Positions 1 through 7,169 of a DNA stretch of 15,152 nucleotides are shown piece after piece; position 1 is the first letter of the stretch, and each line of letters opens with the position of its first letter. The position numbers were made by a program, and so were the translations under genes. The notes beneath the pieces are model-generated. The model worked only from the letters and a program-made list of their open reading frames with translations, did no database searches and had not been told where the DNA came from. This DNA comes from Pseudobdellovibrionaceae bacterium (lineage in GTDB: Bacteria > Bdellovibrionota > Bdellovibrionia > Bdellovibrionales > Bdellovibrionaceae): positions 1 to 15,152 of the forward strand of contig JBDHWW010000064.1 in NCBI GenBank assembly GCA_039810425.1, given 5' to 3'.

Positions 1-99
1 TCACGGCATCGGAAAATTCAAAAAATAAAATTTAACGGATCGGAGAGGATTGCTGCGGAGATTCCACGGATCCGGGGTCTAAATTCGGATTTGGGAAAT

Positions 100-127
100 A
101 AAAAAACCACCGTGATATTCGGTGGTT
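100..127 (-). terminator. Rho-independent terminator (minus strand)
   Basis: Perfect 8-bp inverted repeat AACCACCG (105-112) / CGGTGGTT (120-127) with a 7-nt loop. The A-run at 100-106 reads as a U-tract on the minus strand. Confidence 0.75.
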
Positions 128-616
128 AATGGTAGCCATCTTCCGTCAACCTGCAATCTTATCCAAGTACATGATTTTATTCAAATTTCATTTTCGGCGA
201 TTTATTCTAAAAACACCGATTTAAAGGCTCTTTATGAGCAAGGCCTTTCGATTCCCCAAATCGCCTGCCAACTCGGAATGTCTGTTTCTTCCACCAGAAG
301 TCATCTACTGAGGCTTGGAGTTACATTGCGAGCCAAGGGTTCGGTCAGCTTCGCTAAATCAAAAGTGAAAAGCTTTAAAAGTTCGTCTCCCCCACCCTAC
401 GGATACTGCTACCTTGACGGGCAGCTCCACAAGGACCCACGGGAATATCCAATTTTACAGATTATCGAAAAACAGACTCAAATGGGACGCACCCCATCAG
501 AAATCGCACACTTCCTAAATGCAAAGAAATTCAAAACCCGGCACGGGAAAGTCTGGAGGCAATCTCACACTTTTAACATCGTCCAAAGAATCAAGTCATC
601 CATACAAAAACCTTGA
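122..616 (+). CDS. HTH + Recombinase (PF07508-like) DNA-binding domain protein lacking the catalytic serine-resolvase domain; start uncertain
   Basis: HTH-like LKALYEQGLSIPQIACQLGMSVSSTRSHLLRLG, followed by PPYGY...GRTPSEIAHFLNAKKFKTRHGKVW...FNIVQR, typical of the large serine recombinase recombinase domain. There is no YxRVS catalytic motif. GTG122 lies inside the terminator stem without an RBS. Confidence 0.7.
   Translation: MVNGSHLPSTCNLIQVHDFIQISFSAIYSKNTDLKALYEQGLSIPQIACQLGMSVSSTRSHLLRLGVTLRAKGSVSFAKSKVKSFKSSSPPPYGYCYLDGQLHKDPREYPILQIIEKQTQMGRTPSEIAHFLNAKKFKTRHGKVWRQSHTFNIVQRIKSSIQKP
128..137 (-). other. Possible att-site core / tRNA 3'-end remnant (GGCTACCA)
   Basis: The minus strand reads GGCTACCA (137-130) 2 nt before the terminator, the arrangement expected at a tRNA 3' end. 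No tRNA body is present, and mobile-element-type genes start immediately to the right. The match is short. Confidence 0.4.
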
Positions 617-627
617 GGGAGGTCATC

Positions 628-840
628 ATGGGATTAGACAAACTGGCTATCTGGTCATTGAGTATCATCACAGCACTCGCAGGAGTTTTTAACATCGACA
701 CTATTCATCGGGAGATCATAAAAGCCCAGGCACGGATTCTCTTTGAGTCACGGACTGAAGCTTGGGGAAGTCCACGCTTCTTTGATACGCCAACAAAAAC
801 GCCAAAACGTCCAGAGAAAGCCACCAAGAAGGAAAACTGA
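628..840 (+). CDS. Small hypothetical protein with N-terminal hydrophobic segment
   Basis: GGAGG RBS at 618-622 before ATG628. Hydrophobic LAIWSLSIITALAGVF and a basic C-terminal tail; 70 aa. Confidence 0.65.
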   Translation: MGLDKLAIWSLSIITALAGVFNIDTIHREIIKAQARILFESRTEAWGSPRFFDTPTKTPKRPEKATKKEN

Positions 841-855
841 ATTCAAATTTAATTC

Positions 856-1062
856 CTCCGTTCTGTTTTTGGCGGAAGAAACTCAAGTCTCTTTTTTCAC
901 TTCTTCGCGTCAGCCCTCGCCAAGGCTTTGCCTTGTCATGGTCTGCGCCACTTCGCTCGGTCGAAGTGACGAGCCTTGGGCTTCTTCCTTTTAGTTCCTC
1001 CTCGGCCCCTCAATCTTCTACGAAGGGGTCCTCAATCACGAGGAACGAAACAAAAAACGGAG
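856..1062 (+). promoter_or_regulatory. Multi-branched structured leader (RNA or ssDNA) upstream of the Zn-ribbon gene
   Basis: Nested inverted repeats: 856-862/1056-1062, 872-880/901-908 (one bulge), 920-927/972-979, 949-955/962-968, 994-1000/1040-1046 and 1004-1010/1024-1030 (one G-T pair). Confidence 0.55.
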
Positions 1063-1069
1063 AAAATTT

Positions 1070-1519
1070 ATGCAATCTGAAATTCAGAAACGTCTTGAAC
1101 AACTTGCTTTTAAACATACCAATTCTTTTTGTTATTCCTGCTATCAAACCGTTATTGAGCCTCACTGCCCATCTTGTGGCACTGACGACTTCATGCGAGA
1201 ACTTTCCGGAGTTGGCGTAGCGTATGGCGCTAGCTGGGTAATCCGTGAAATACTCTCATCAGAACTGGAAGCAGTGGATATTAAGAAATGTTTCGAGCAA
1301 TCCATGCGTGACTGCTATCCTGAAGAAGTCACCATTGGATGGATGAGCTTAGATGCTGTTTCCGTGATGAAAGAGATGGACCCGATCTCTTGGAATATCG
1401 CTCAACAAGAGTGGGTTGGCCTTGAGGAACAGGAAGAAAACATTTTCAGCTTTGACAACAACAGCACATTTTATTGGGTTTCTGATATTGAAAATCTCTT
1501 ACGAGGTGAGGGGCTATAA
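1070..1519 (+). CDS. Acidic hypothetical protein with N-terminal Zn-ribbon (CxxC-x8-CxxC)
   Basis: GGAG RBS at 1059-1062. Contains CYSC...CPSC; about 26 D/E versus about 10 K/R by hand count. Confidence 0.8.
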   Translation: MQSEIQKRLEQLAFKHTNSFCYSCYQTVIEPHCPSCGTDDFMRELSGVGVAYGASWVIREILSSELEAVDIKKCFEQSMRDCYPEEVTIGWMSLDAVSVMKEMDPISWNIAQQEWVGLEEQEENIFSFDNNSTFYWVSDIENLLRGEGL

Positions 1520-1641
1520 CCCTTCCCTCTGTAAGGCATCGTGAGTAGCTTTAAAAGAGTCCCCGTATTTTTATCATAATTCGTAATCTCTTTTTGCACA
1601 CTTTCAATTTTCACATTCATATTACGATTCGAAATAGAAAA

Positions 1642-2625
1642 TCATAGAGGATTACCTTTAATTGCTGGGAAAAGAGATCTGGCCAAAAGAAAGATCCAAG
1701 TCACAACGACAAAAGGTAGTGTAAGGGCTGGCATACCTAAAGGCTCCAGCGCACCGGATGTCGCCGCAAATGCAACTGTCGTCATCACCGCCCCGAAAAA
1801 TGTGTAGCTCACTGATGCCACACTCGGCGCCAGGAAAACACTTCCCAACGCAATTGCTGTTAACGCGGGATTGAAGCTGAATGCTCCTGAGCGTATCGCT
1901 GGCTCCGCGGCCCCAAGCAACCACGCAACCAAGATTCCGACTGTCGATCCCATAAGAGCCGCCATACAGGAGCGCCAAGAACTAATAAGTAGTCCAAGAA
2001 CAAACAATATTCCTGTAACAATGTTTCCTTGAAAGAAGACTTGGCCTATCCCAGTGAATACGCCTTCAACAATGGTCGTCATGGTAACGACGCCCTCTAT
2101 CGTAGCCGCCTTTGGCAAGCCTGCTGTTGGCAAAATACTTGTCGAATGTAGTTGTCCAAAACGAGCACACGCCAATAAGAAAATATATGAAGAAAAAACA
2201 AAGGGAGCCGTCAGAGTAGGCATTTTTGAATTTTTTAAAAGATGTATCATTGCGGCCATCAAAATAGTTGAACTTGCTGCTGCAAAAATCAAATAAATCC
2301 AAGTAAGCCCATTTGGTTCTAGAAAGAAACTTAGAGCAATCGCAACCAATGCACCATTGAATCCAAAAAGCCCATCGCGCACTTGACGTGCGTCAACGTT
2401 CAAAACGTTCGCTGTAATTGTGCTAACCACGGTCCCTACTAAAGCGGCCACTCCAAATATAAATGAATTATAGAAAATTCCGAACAGAAAAATCAGGCCT
2501 GCTATGGGATTATTTTGCAGCATAACCTGTCCAAGGCCCCGAAGAACGGAGTCAATAAAACGCACAATAATACTCAAGAAAGAGCTACCCTGATTCAAGT
2601 TCGACCATGATACTAATATTTTCAT
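1642..2625 (-). CDS. Urea transporter (UT family channel)
   Basis: Duplicated UT signatures RGLGQVMLQNNP...GLFGFNGALV and TGIGQVFFQGN...GAFSFNPALT, plus LTAPFV/LTLPFV and highly hydrophobic composition. AAGGGA RBS lies before ATG2625. Confidence 0.92.
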   Translation of the reverse strand: MKILVSWSNLNQGSSFLSIIVRFIDSVLRGLGQVMLQNNPIAGLIFLFGIFYNSFIFGVAALVGTVVSTITANVLNVDARQVRDGLFGFNGALVAIALSFFLEPNGLTWIYLIFAAASSTILMAAMIHLLKNSKMPTLTAPFVFSSYIFLLACARFGQLHSTSILPTAGLPKAATIEGVVTMTTIVEGVFTGIGQVFFQGNIVTGILFVLGLLISSWRSCMAALMGSTVGILVAWLLGAAEPAIRSGAFSFNPALTAIALGSVFLAPSVASVSYTFFGAVMTTVAFAATSGALEPLGMPALTLPFVVVTWIFLLARSLFPAIKGNPL

Positions 2626-2742
2626 CAACTAAATCCCTTAAAGACCGATTGAAATTTACAACTCGCATTTTCTTTTAGCACAAACTCGAAAGCAGTAACA
2701 GTAGATCTCGTTGAGAAATGCCTTAGCAAGCCTATTTGATTT

Positions 2743-3261
2743 CTACTTTGAAGCCTGAATTTCAAAAACGACAAACTCAACTCCGTCTTCTTCAACTCGA
2801 CCTACTTCTTTCATTCCGATCTTCTTAGCGAGTGCAATAGAAGCAATATTAGTCGGCATTATTTGGGCAGTGATTCTTTCAAAACTAAGAGCATTAAATC
2901 CGTAATCGAGACAAGCCTTGGCAGCCTCAGAGGCAAATCCTTTACCCCAAAATGATCTAAGAAAACGATAACCTAAATCTATTTCATTAAGTTCTTCAAT
3001 CCACTTTAGACCGCACCAACCAATCCGTTTGCCCGTTGCTCTCTCTATGACAATAAATCGTCCGATTCTTCGATCAACAAATTGCGCTCGCAAGCTTTCA
3101 ATTATTTTGATGGCCTCGCGTACATCTCCGAGCGGTCCATCAGGCACATACCGAGTGACTTCGGGATCGGAATTCAACGTCACCATAAAATCAGCATCTT
3201 CAGTTCGGTGTGGTCTCAACTCTAATCGCGTAGTTAGTAGCTTGAAATTATCAATAGTCAT
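2743..3261 (-). CDS. GNAT N-acetyltransferase, RimJ/RimL type
   Basis: LTTRLELRP, IGWCGL, DLGYRFLRSFWGKGFASEAA and NIASIALAKKIGM motifs. Confidence 0.92.
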   Translation of the reverse strand: MTIDNFKLLTTRLELRPHRTEDADFMVTLNSDPEVTRYVPDGPLGDVREAIKIIESLRAQFVDRRIGRFIVIERATGKRIGWCGLKWIEELNEIDLGYRFLRSFWGKGFASEAAKACLDYGFNALSFERITAQIMPTNIASIALAKKIGMKEVGRVEEDGVEFVVFEIQASK

Positions 3262-3361
3262 CGGTTAAAGATATATTTCCAAATAGCGTCTGTCTAGTTG
3301 GCGTTTTATAGGCAACACAAAACACTCATTTATGCATTACTCTCCCTTTAAAGCTCCGACT

Positions 3362-3772
3362 TTATCTGTAAGATTTTTTGGGGGTCACATCATTGAGCGT
3401 CTTTTGCGAAAGAGAATCCATAAATGCCTCAAGGGCCTCAGATAAACTTTTTTTAAGAACGCAATTTTTAAGAAAGGTGCAATCGCACTTCTCGCCTGAG
3501 AAGCATTCGGCAATCTGAAAAGTTTCTTCTGTTTGCGCGACGATCTCTTTAAGCGTCTTGCTTCCAGTTTCATGGCGGATGGTAAGACCCCCAGTCTTTC
3601 CCCGAGCCGTCTCAATGAAGTTCAATTTCGCCAACTGATTTGAAACTTTAATCAGATTGTTTTTAGAAACTTTCAGAGTTTCGGAAAGCTCGTTTAATGT
3701 GACGGATCGTTTTTCCTGATTTAGATACATCAAAACTCGCAGTGAATAATCTGTATGTGCTGTCAAACGCAT
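3362..3772 (-). CDS. nsrR: Rrf2-family NO-sensing repressor, NsrR-like
   Basis: MRLTAHTDYSLRVLMYL start (Asp8), RGKTGG wing and C-terminal Cys cluster ECFSGEKCDCTFLKNC. AGGA RBS; adjacent to nnrS. Confidence 0.85.
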   Translation of the reverse strand: MRLTAHTDYSLRVLMYLNQEKRSVTLNELSETLKVSKNNLIKVSNQLAKLNFIETARGKTGGLTIRHETGSKTLKEIVAQTEETFQIAECFSGEKCDCTFLKNCVLKKSLSEALEAFMDSLSQKTLNDVTPKKSYR

Positions 3773-3784
3773 TGTTTTATTCCT

Positions 3785-4906
3785 TTAACACGAAGGTTTC
3801 GCCATGGGGCCAGGTCTAAAAATTCGAGGTAAAAAAGCCCAACACCAACAGACAACTGCGAGAATCCAAAAAGTCGCCGCCGTATGCAAATAGCTTTTTC
3901 TCCATAGCCCCTCAGAAAATCCGTAAAATACGCGCGAAAGGGCGCCTAATACTAAAAATATAAGCAAAAACCAAAGAGCTGACGATTGTTTCTCAAGATC
4001 AATCGGATAAGAACCGTGGGCAAGAGTCACCCGAGTCGCCACTGAAAAAGTAATCAAGCTAAAACAAGCGATAAAAATGATGTGAAACCATGTAATAAAC
4101 TGCATTGGCTGAACCCACGTCAAAAAGAAACACAAAGGAATCATCGCAGCCACAACCCGCACCGCATACTTGAGTGCTGATGGACGATCTGATGCCCTCT
4201 GCACTTGCCAAATCCTAAAAAGGTAAACCAACGTGACAATGGCAAGCCCCAGGTAGGCAAGCGAATGCCCTTGACCTGCTAGAAAAAGCAGACCCATCAC
4301 TAAAACCCCACCAACATGAAACACGATACGCAGGCCCCGTGAGGTAGAATTCTCAAACTCCGACGGAAGACCCGAGAGGAACGAAAAAAACCTCGTTCCT
4401 ATTCCCAACACTAACAAAAGAGTCGCTCCCAAATGGTAAAGATGAATCCCCATAAAAGAATTCCCACTGAATTGGTAGTACGCCCCTGCAAAAGCGAGAA
4501 TCATCGCCATACCTACATGAGAAAAGAAAACCGGCAAAGGTTTGGTCATCTTAAGAATACGCCTACCACCGTAGATCACCAAGAAAGCCACAAGCGCCAT
4601 TTGAAAAGAATAAAAAAATCGCGGATCACTGTACCAAGAAGAACACGTTTGCGCGAGGAGAAGTACACCTGATATCAGATACTCCAATATATTTGCACCT
4701 GTTGTTCCCGTCATCCTTGGAACCGCCGTCATAAGAAAGCCAACTATAAAACTCCAGAGAAACCCACCTGCAATCAGCTTCGAATGAATCAACATGGCTG
4801 GTGTGTTAAACCATTGAAGATCTTGAGTGAACCAAATACCGACGGCTAAAATAGCATTTAGAATCCCGAGCGGGAAATAAAGCTGGTAGGGGGCGATGCT
4901 TTTCAT
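3785..4906 (-). CDS. nnrS: NnrS family membrane protein
   Basis: PYQLYFPLG, GFLMTAVPRMTG and VATRVTLAHG motifs in a polytopic membrane protein. The start overlaps the upstream stop (ATGA). Confidence 0.85.
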   Translation of the reverse strand: MKSIAPYQLYFPLGILNAILAVGIWFTQDLQWFNTPAMLIHSKLIAGGFLWSFIVGFLMTAVPRMTGTTGANILEYLISGVLLLAQTCSSWYSDPRFFYSFQMALVAFLVIYGGRRILKMTKPLPVFFSHVGMAMILAFAGAYYQFSGNSFMGIHLYHLGATLLLVLGIGTRFFSFLSGLPSEFENSTSRGLRIVFHVGGVLVMGLLFLAGQGHSLAYLGLAIVTLVYLFRIWQVQRASDRPSALKYAVRVVAAMIPLCFFLTWVQPMQFITWFHIIFIACFSLITFSVATRVTLAHGSYPIDLEKQSSALWFLLIFLVLGALSRVFYGFSEGLWRKSYLHTAATFWILAVVCWCWAFLPRIFRPGPMAKPSC

Positions 4907-7071
4907 ATTTTAACTCCTTCAACCACATTAAGTCTAAAAGTGCTCAGAAGCATGAGAGAGAAACTGCCAAGCATGGAAAGCACTGCTCCTAATGGACTAA
5001 ACACTCCCAATGATGCCAGTACTAACGCCGCGACATTATAAACAGCAGCAGCACACCCCGTCTGAACGAGAACTCTACGAAACTTTTTTGAATACTTAAT
5101 TGCCGACAGGATCAAATCCAGATTGGGACTTCTGAGTTCAAAATCAACTGGAGCAAACCCTGAGATCCTGTGCCCCAGGCGAAAGCTTACGCGCGCCCTT
5201 GATAATGCCAGCGTATCGTTCAAGCCATCGCCGACAAAAACCGCGTTCGCACGTATGCTCTCTGCCTTTTCGCTGGGCGATAAATTTCCTAGAAAAGAAA
5301 TGCGTGGATCGATCTGGGTCAACGCTTTCCCTGCTCCTGCTTTAGGATCTCCAGAGAGAATCTCTATCCTGGAGTCAGGAACAAGTGTTAACAGTCTTTC
5401 TAGGAATCGACGGGCCATAGTATCGTAGGCACTTTTACTAACAATTTCTCCGACGATTTCGCCGTTAAGTGAAACTAAAGTACCAACAAGATCCTCGTAT
5501 TCAATGACATCAACTCCCTGACTTTCGAGAAAACTTTCTTTACCCACGCATATGAGTGCCCCGTCATCTGCCTTGGCGACGCCCCCTAATCCCGCAAACT
5601 CACGTAAATCATTAATCGCATTTGATTCGCCGGAAATATTAAGTCCACGCAGGATCGCATGACTTGCTTTTTCAGAGATTGATTTTAGGTAAGGAAGAAC
5701 ATCGTTTTCTTTTCCGTTCTTGAAGGGCATAAAAATCGAATCAACGGCCTCTAGTGTTCCAGTCTTATCAAAGTAGAAATTCGAAATCTGAGAAAGATCC
5801 AACAGAGCGTCACTTCTGTGAAGCATGATCCCCGACTTCAACAACGCCAAATACGCCATTTGTGATGCCAGAGGCAGAATACTCGCAAATAGACATGGAC
5901 AAAAAATCAAAATACCGACGAAAAATGACTCAATTACATCCTCAGTTTTATTCCCTCTAAATGCGTGAACGGAGGCAATAGTTAAAGCTCCCAAAAATGC
6001 GACCATGACCAAAGCGCTTTCAGCCTTTGCCAATATTCTAGAATAGCGGGACTCCCGTCCCCCACCGATCACGGCGCTTTCCGCCCAAGCATCAATCTTG
6101 CGTGCACCTTGTGGAGCCAAAACCGACATTTCAATCCGGCTTTTGGCAATTGCTCCTGCAAAGATATGGTCGCCCTTTTTAAGGGTTATAACATCTGACT
6201 CTCCACTCATTAAGTGGTTATTGATTGGTGCAGTATCGCTTATCAAAGCCCCATCGAAAGCGACTGTATCTTCTGGAGAAAACCGCACAATGTCGTTTTT
6301 TTTAACCTGAGAAGCTTCCGCCTGGGCCCATGTGCCTTTCCTAAAAATTTCCACTAATGATGAATCAGATCGAATCTGATAAAGAATATTGGAAGTCGTT
6401 GATGTCACAATCGAATTTTCAATTTTCTTTGTTAAGAGTAAAATAGCCACAATCATGGAGCCAGAGTCAGCGTACGTCCCGCTAGAATTGGATATTAAAG
6501 AAAAAATAGAAACGCCGACCGCAGAGCAACCACCAACAAAAATGAAAAAGTCCAAGGTTAAAAGACGGCTGAACCACAATGCCCGAACTCCCGCTTTTGC
6601 GAAAGGATAAATACCAATCAAAATAGCGGGCAAACCAAAAAATGAAGAGGCCAGAGCCAAAGCATGAAGCTCGCCCTGCGAAAGTTCGCCTCCGATATAG
6701 CCCGCAAAAGCCAACATCGAGGACCACATGGCTAAAAACCAAACGAGGCTCACCTGAACCCAGGGGATCTTACGGTTGGCTTCATTTTGAAGCCTTTCGC
6801 GGTAGCTTGCTATCCACCCATCAGACTGCTTTTTAACACCAAATCCAATTCGGATAATTTTTTCCTGGATAGACTCATCAAGGCCCGGTAATTCATAGGA
6901 AGGCTTTACGATCAAAAGTTTGCTTGCGTAATTGAGGTCTGCTGATTCGATACCTTCAATTTGGGTCACGGACTCACGAATATTCTTGGCACAAGTTGAA
7001 CACCACATACCGGATATAAAATAGATAAGATCTTTCTGCGACCCGACACTCACTTCATTCACCGTTTTCAT
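4903..7071 (-). CDS. ccoI: P1B-type Cu-transporting ATPase, CcoI/FixI-like
   Basis: N-terminal HMA motif GMWCSTC, SGES, CPC, DKTGTL, GDGLND and YN. Divergently adjacent to ccoN. Confidence 0.85.
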   Translation of the reverse strand: MKTVNEVSVGSQKDLIYFISGMWCSTCAKNIRESVTQIEGIESADLNYASKLLIVKPSYELPGLDESIQEKIIRIGFGVKKQSDGWIASYRERLQNEANRKIPWVQVSLVWFLAMWSSMLAFAGYIGGELSQGELHALALASSFFGLPAILIGIYPFAKAGVRALWFSRLLTLDFFIFVGGCSAVGVSIFSLISNSSGTYADSGSMIVAILLLTKKIENSIVTSTTSNILYQIRSDSSLVEIFRKGTWAQAEASQVKKNDIVRFSPEDTVAFDGALISDTAPINNHLMSGESDVITLKKGDHIFAGAIAKSRIEMSVLAPQGARKIDAWAESAVIGGGRESRYSRILAKAESALVMVAFLGALTIASVHAFRGNKTEDVIESFFVGILIFCPCLFASILPLASQMAYLALLKSGIMLHRSDALLDLSQISNFYFDKTGTLEAVDSIFMPFKNGKENDVLPYLKSISEKASHAILRGLNISGESNAINDLREFAGLGGVAKADDGALICVGKESFLESQGVDVIEYEDLVGTLVSLNGEIVGEIVSKSAYDTMARRFLERLLTLVPDSRIEILSGDPKAGAGKALTQIDPRISFLGNLSPSEKAESIRANAVFVGDGLNDTLALSRARVSFRLGHRISGFAPVDFELRSPNLDLILSAIKYSKKFRRVLVQTGCAAAVYNVAALVLASLGVFSPLGAVLSMLGSFSLMLLSTFRLNVVEGVKI

Positions 7072-7075
7072 GTAA

Positions 7076-7104
7076 TTGACAGACCTGACTTAATGTTGCA
7101 TATT
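7076..7104 (+). promoter_or_regulatory. Putative sigma70 promoter for ccoN
   Basis: Perfect TTGACA at 7076-7081, a 17-bp spacer, then CATATT at 7099-7104 (4/6 match to -10). A perfect TATAAT at 7121-7126 offers an alternative -10. Confidence 0.55.
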
Positions 7105-7115
7105 ACATGCAATTA
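7093..7115. promoter_or_regulatory. NsrR-type operator
   Basis: Palindrome TTGCAT-N5-ATGCAA (7096-7112) has the geometry of the NsrR consensus GATGCAT-N5-ATGCATC. It lies between the divergent operons, one of which encodes nsrR. Confidence 0.7.
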
Positions 7116-7169
7116 TTCAATATAATTTGCAGAACCGTGACTTTCATCAGTCGTGCTCGGAGTGCCATA

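Noticed and set aside
1..129. Frame 1 is open from the window start to TAA at 127-129 (42 codons)
   Set aside because: No recognisable motif and a length compatible with chance; it cannot be assessed without upstream sequence.
36..137. Complete tRNA gene near the left edge
   Set aside because: No T-loop (GTTCGA) or cloverleaf on either strand; only short tRNA-end-like words are present.
171..224. Short ATG ORF that could frameshift -1 into the recombinase-domain ORF
   Set aside because: No RBS and no full slippery heptamer (only five A in TAAAAAC).
743..1220. ORFs 743-994 and 933-1220
   Set aside because: They overlap better-supported genes and the structured leader, and have no RBS or protein-like motifs.
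7137..7150. FNR-like site GTGAC-N4-ATCAG
   Set aside because: Three mismatches to TTGAT-N4-ATCAA, and it lies downstream of the predicted promoter, so it is not a credible activator site.
7107..7169. Longer ccoN start at 7107
   Set aside because: The ATG lies within the operator palindrome and lacks an RBS, whereas ATG7170 has GGAG at suitable spacing.
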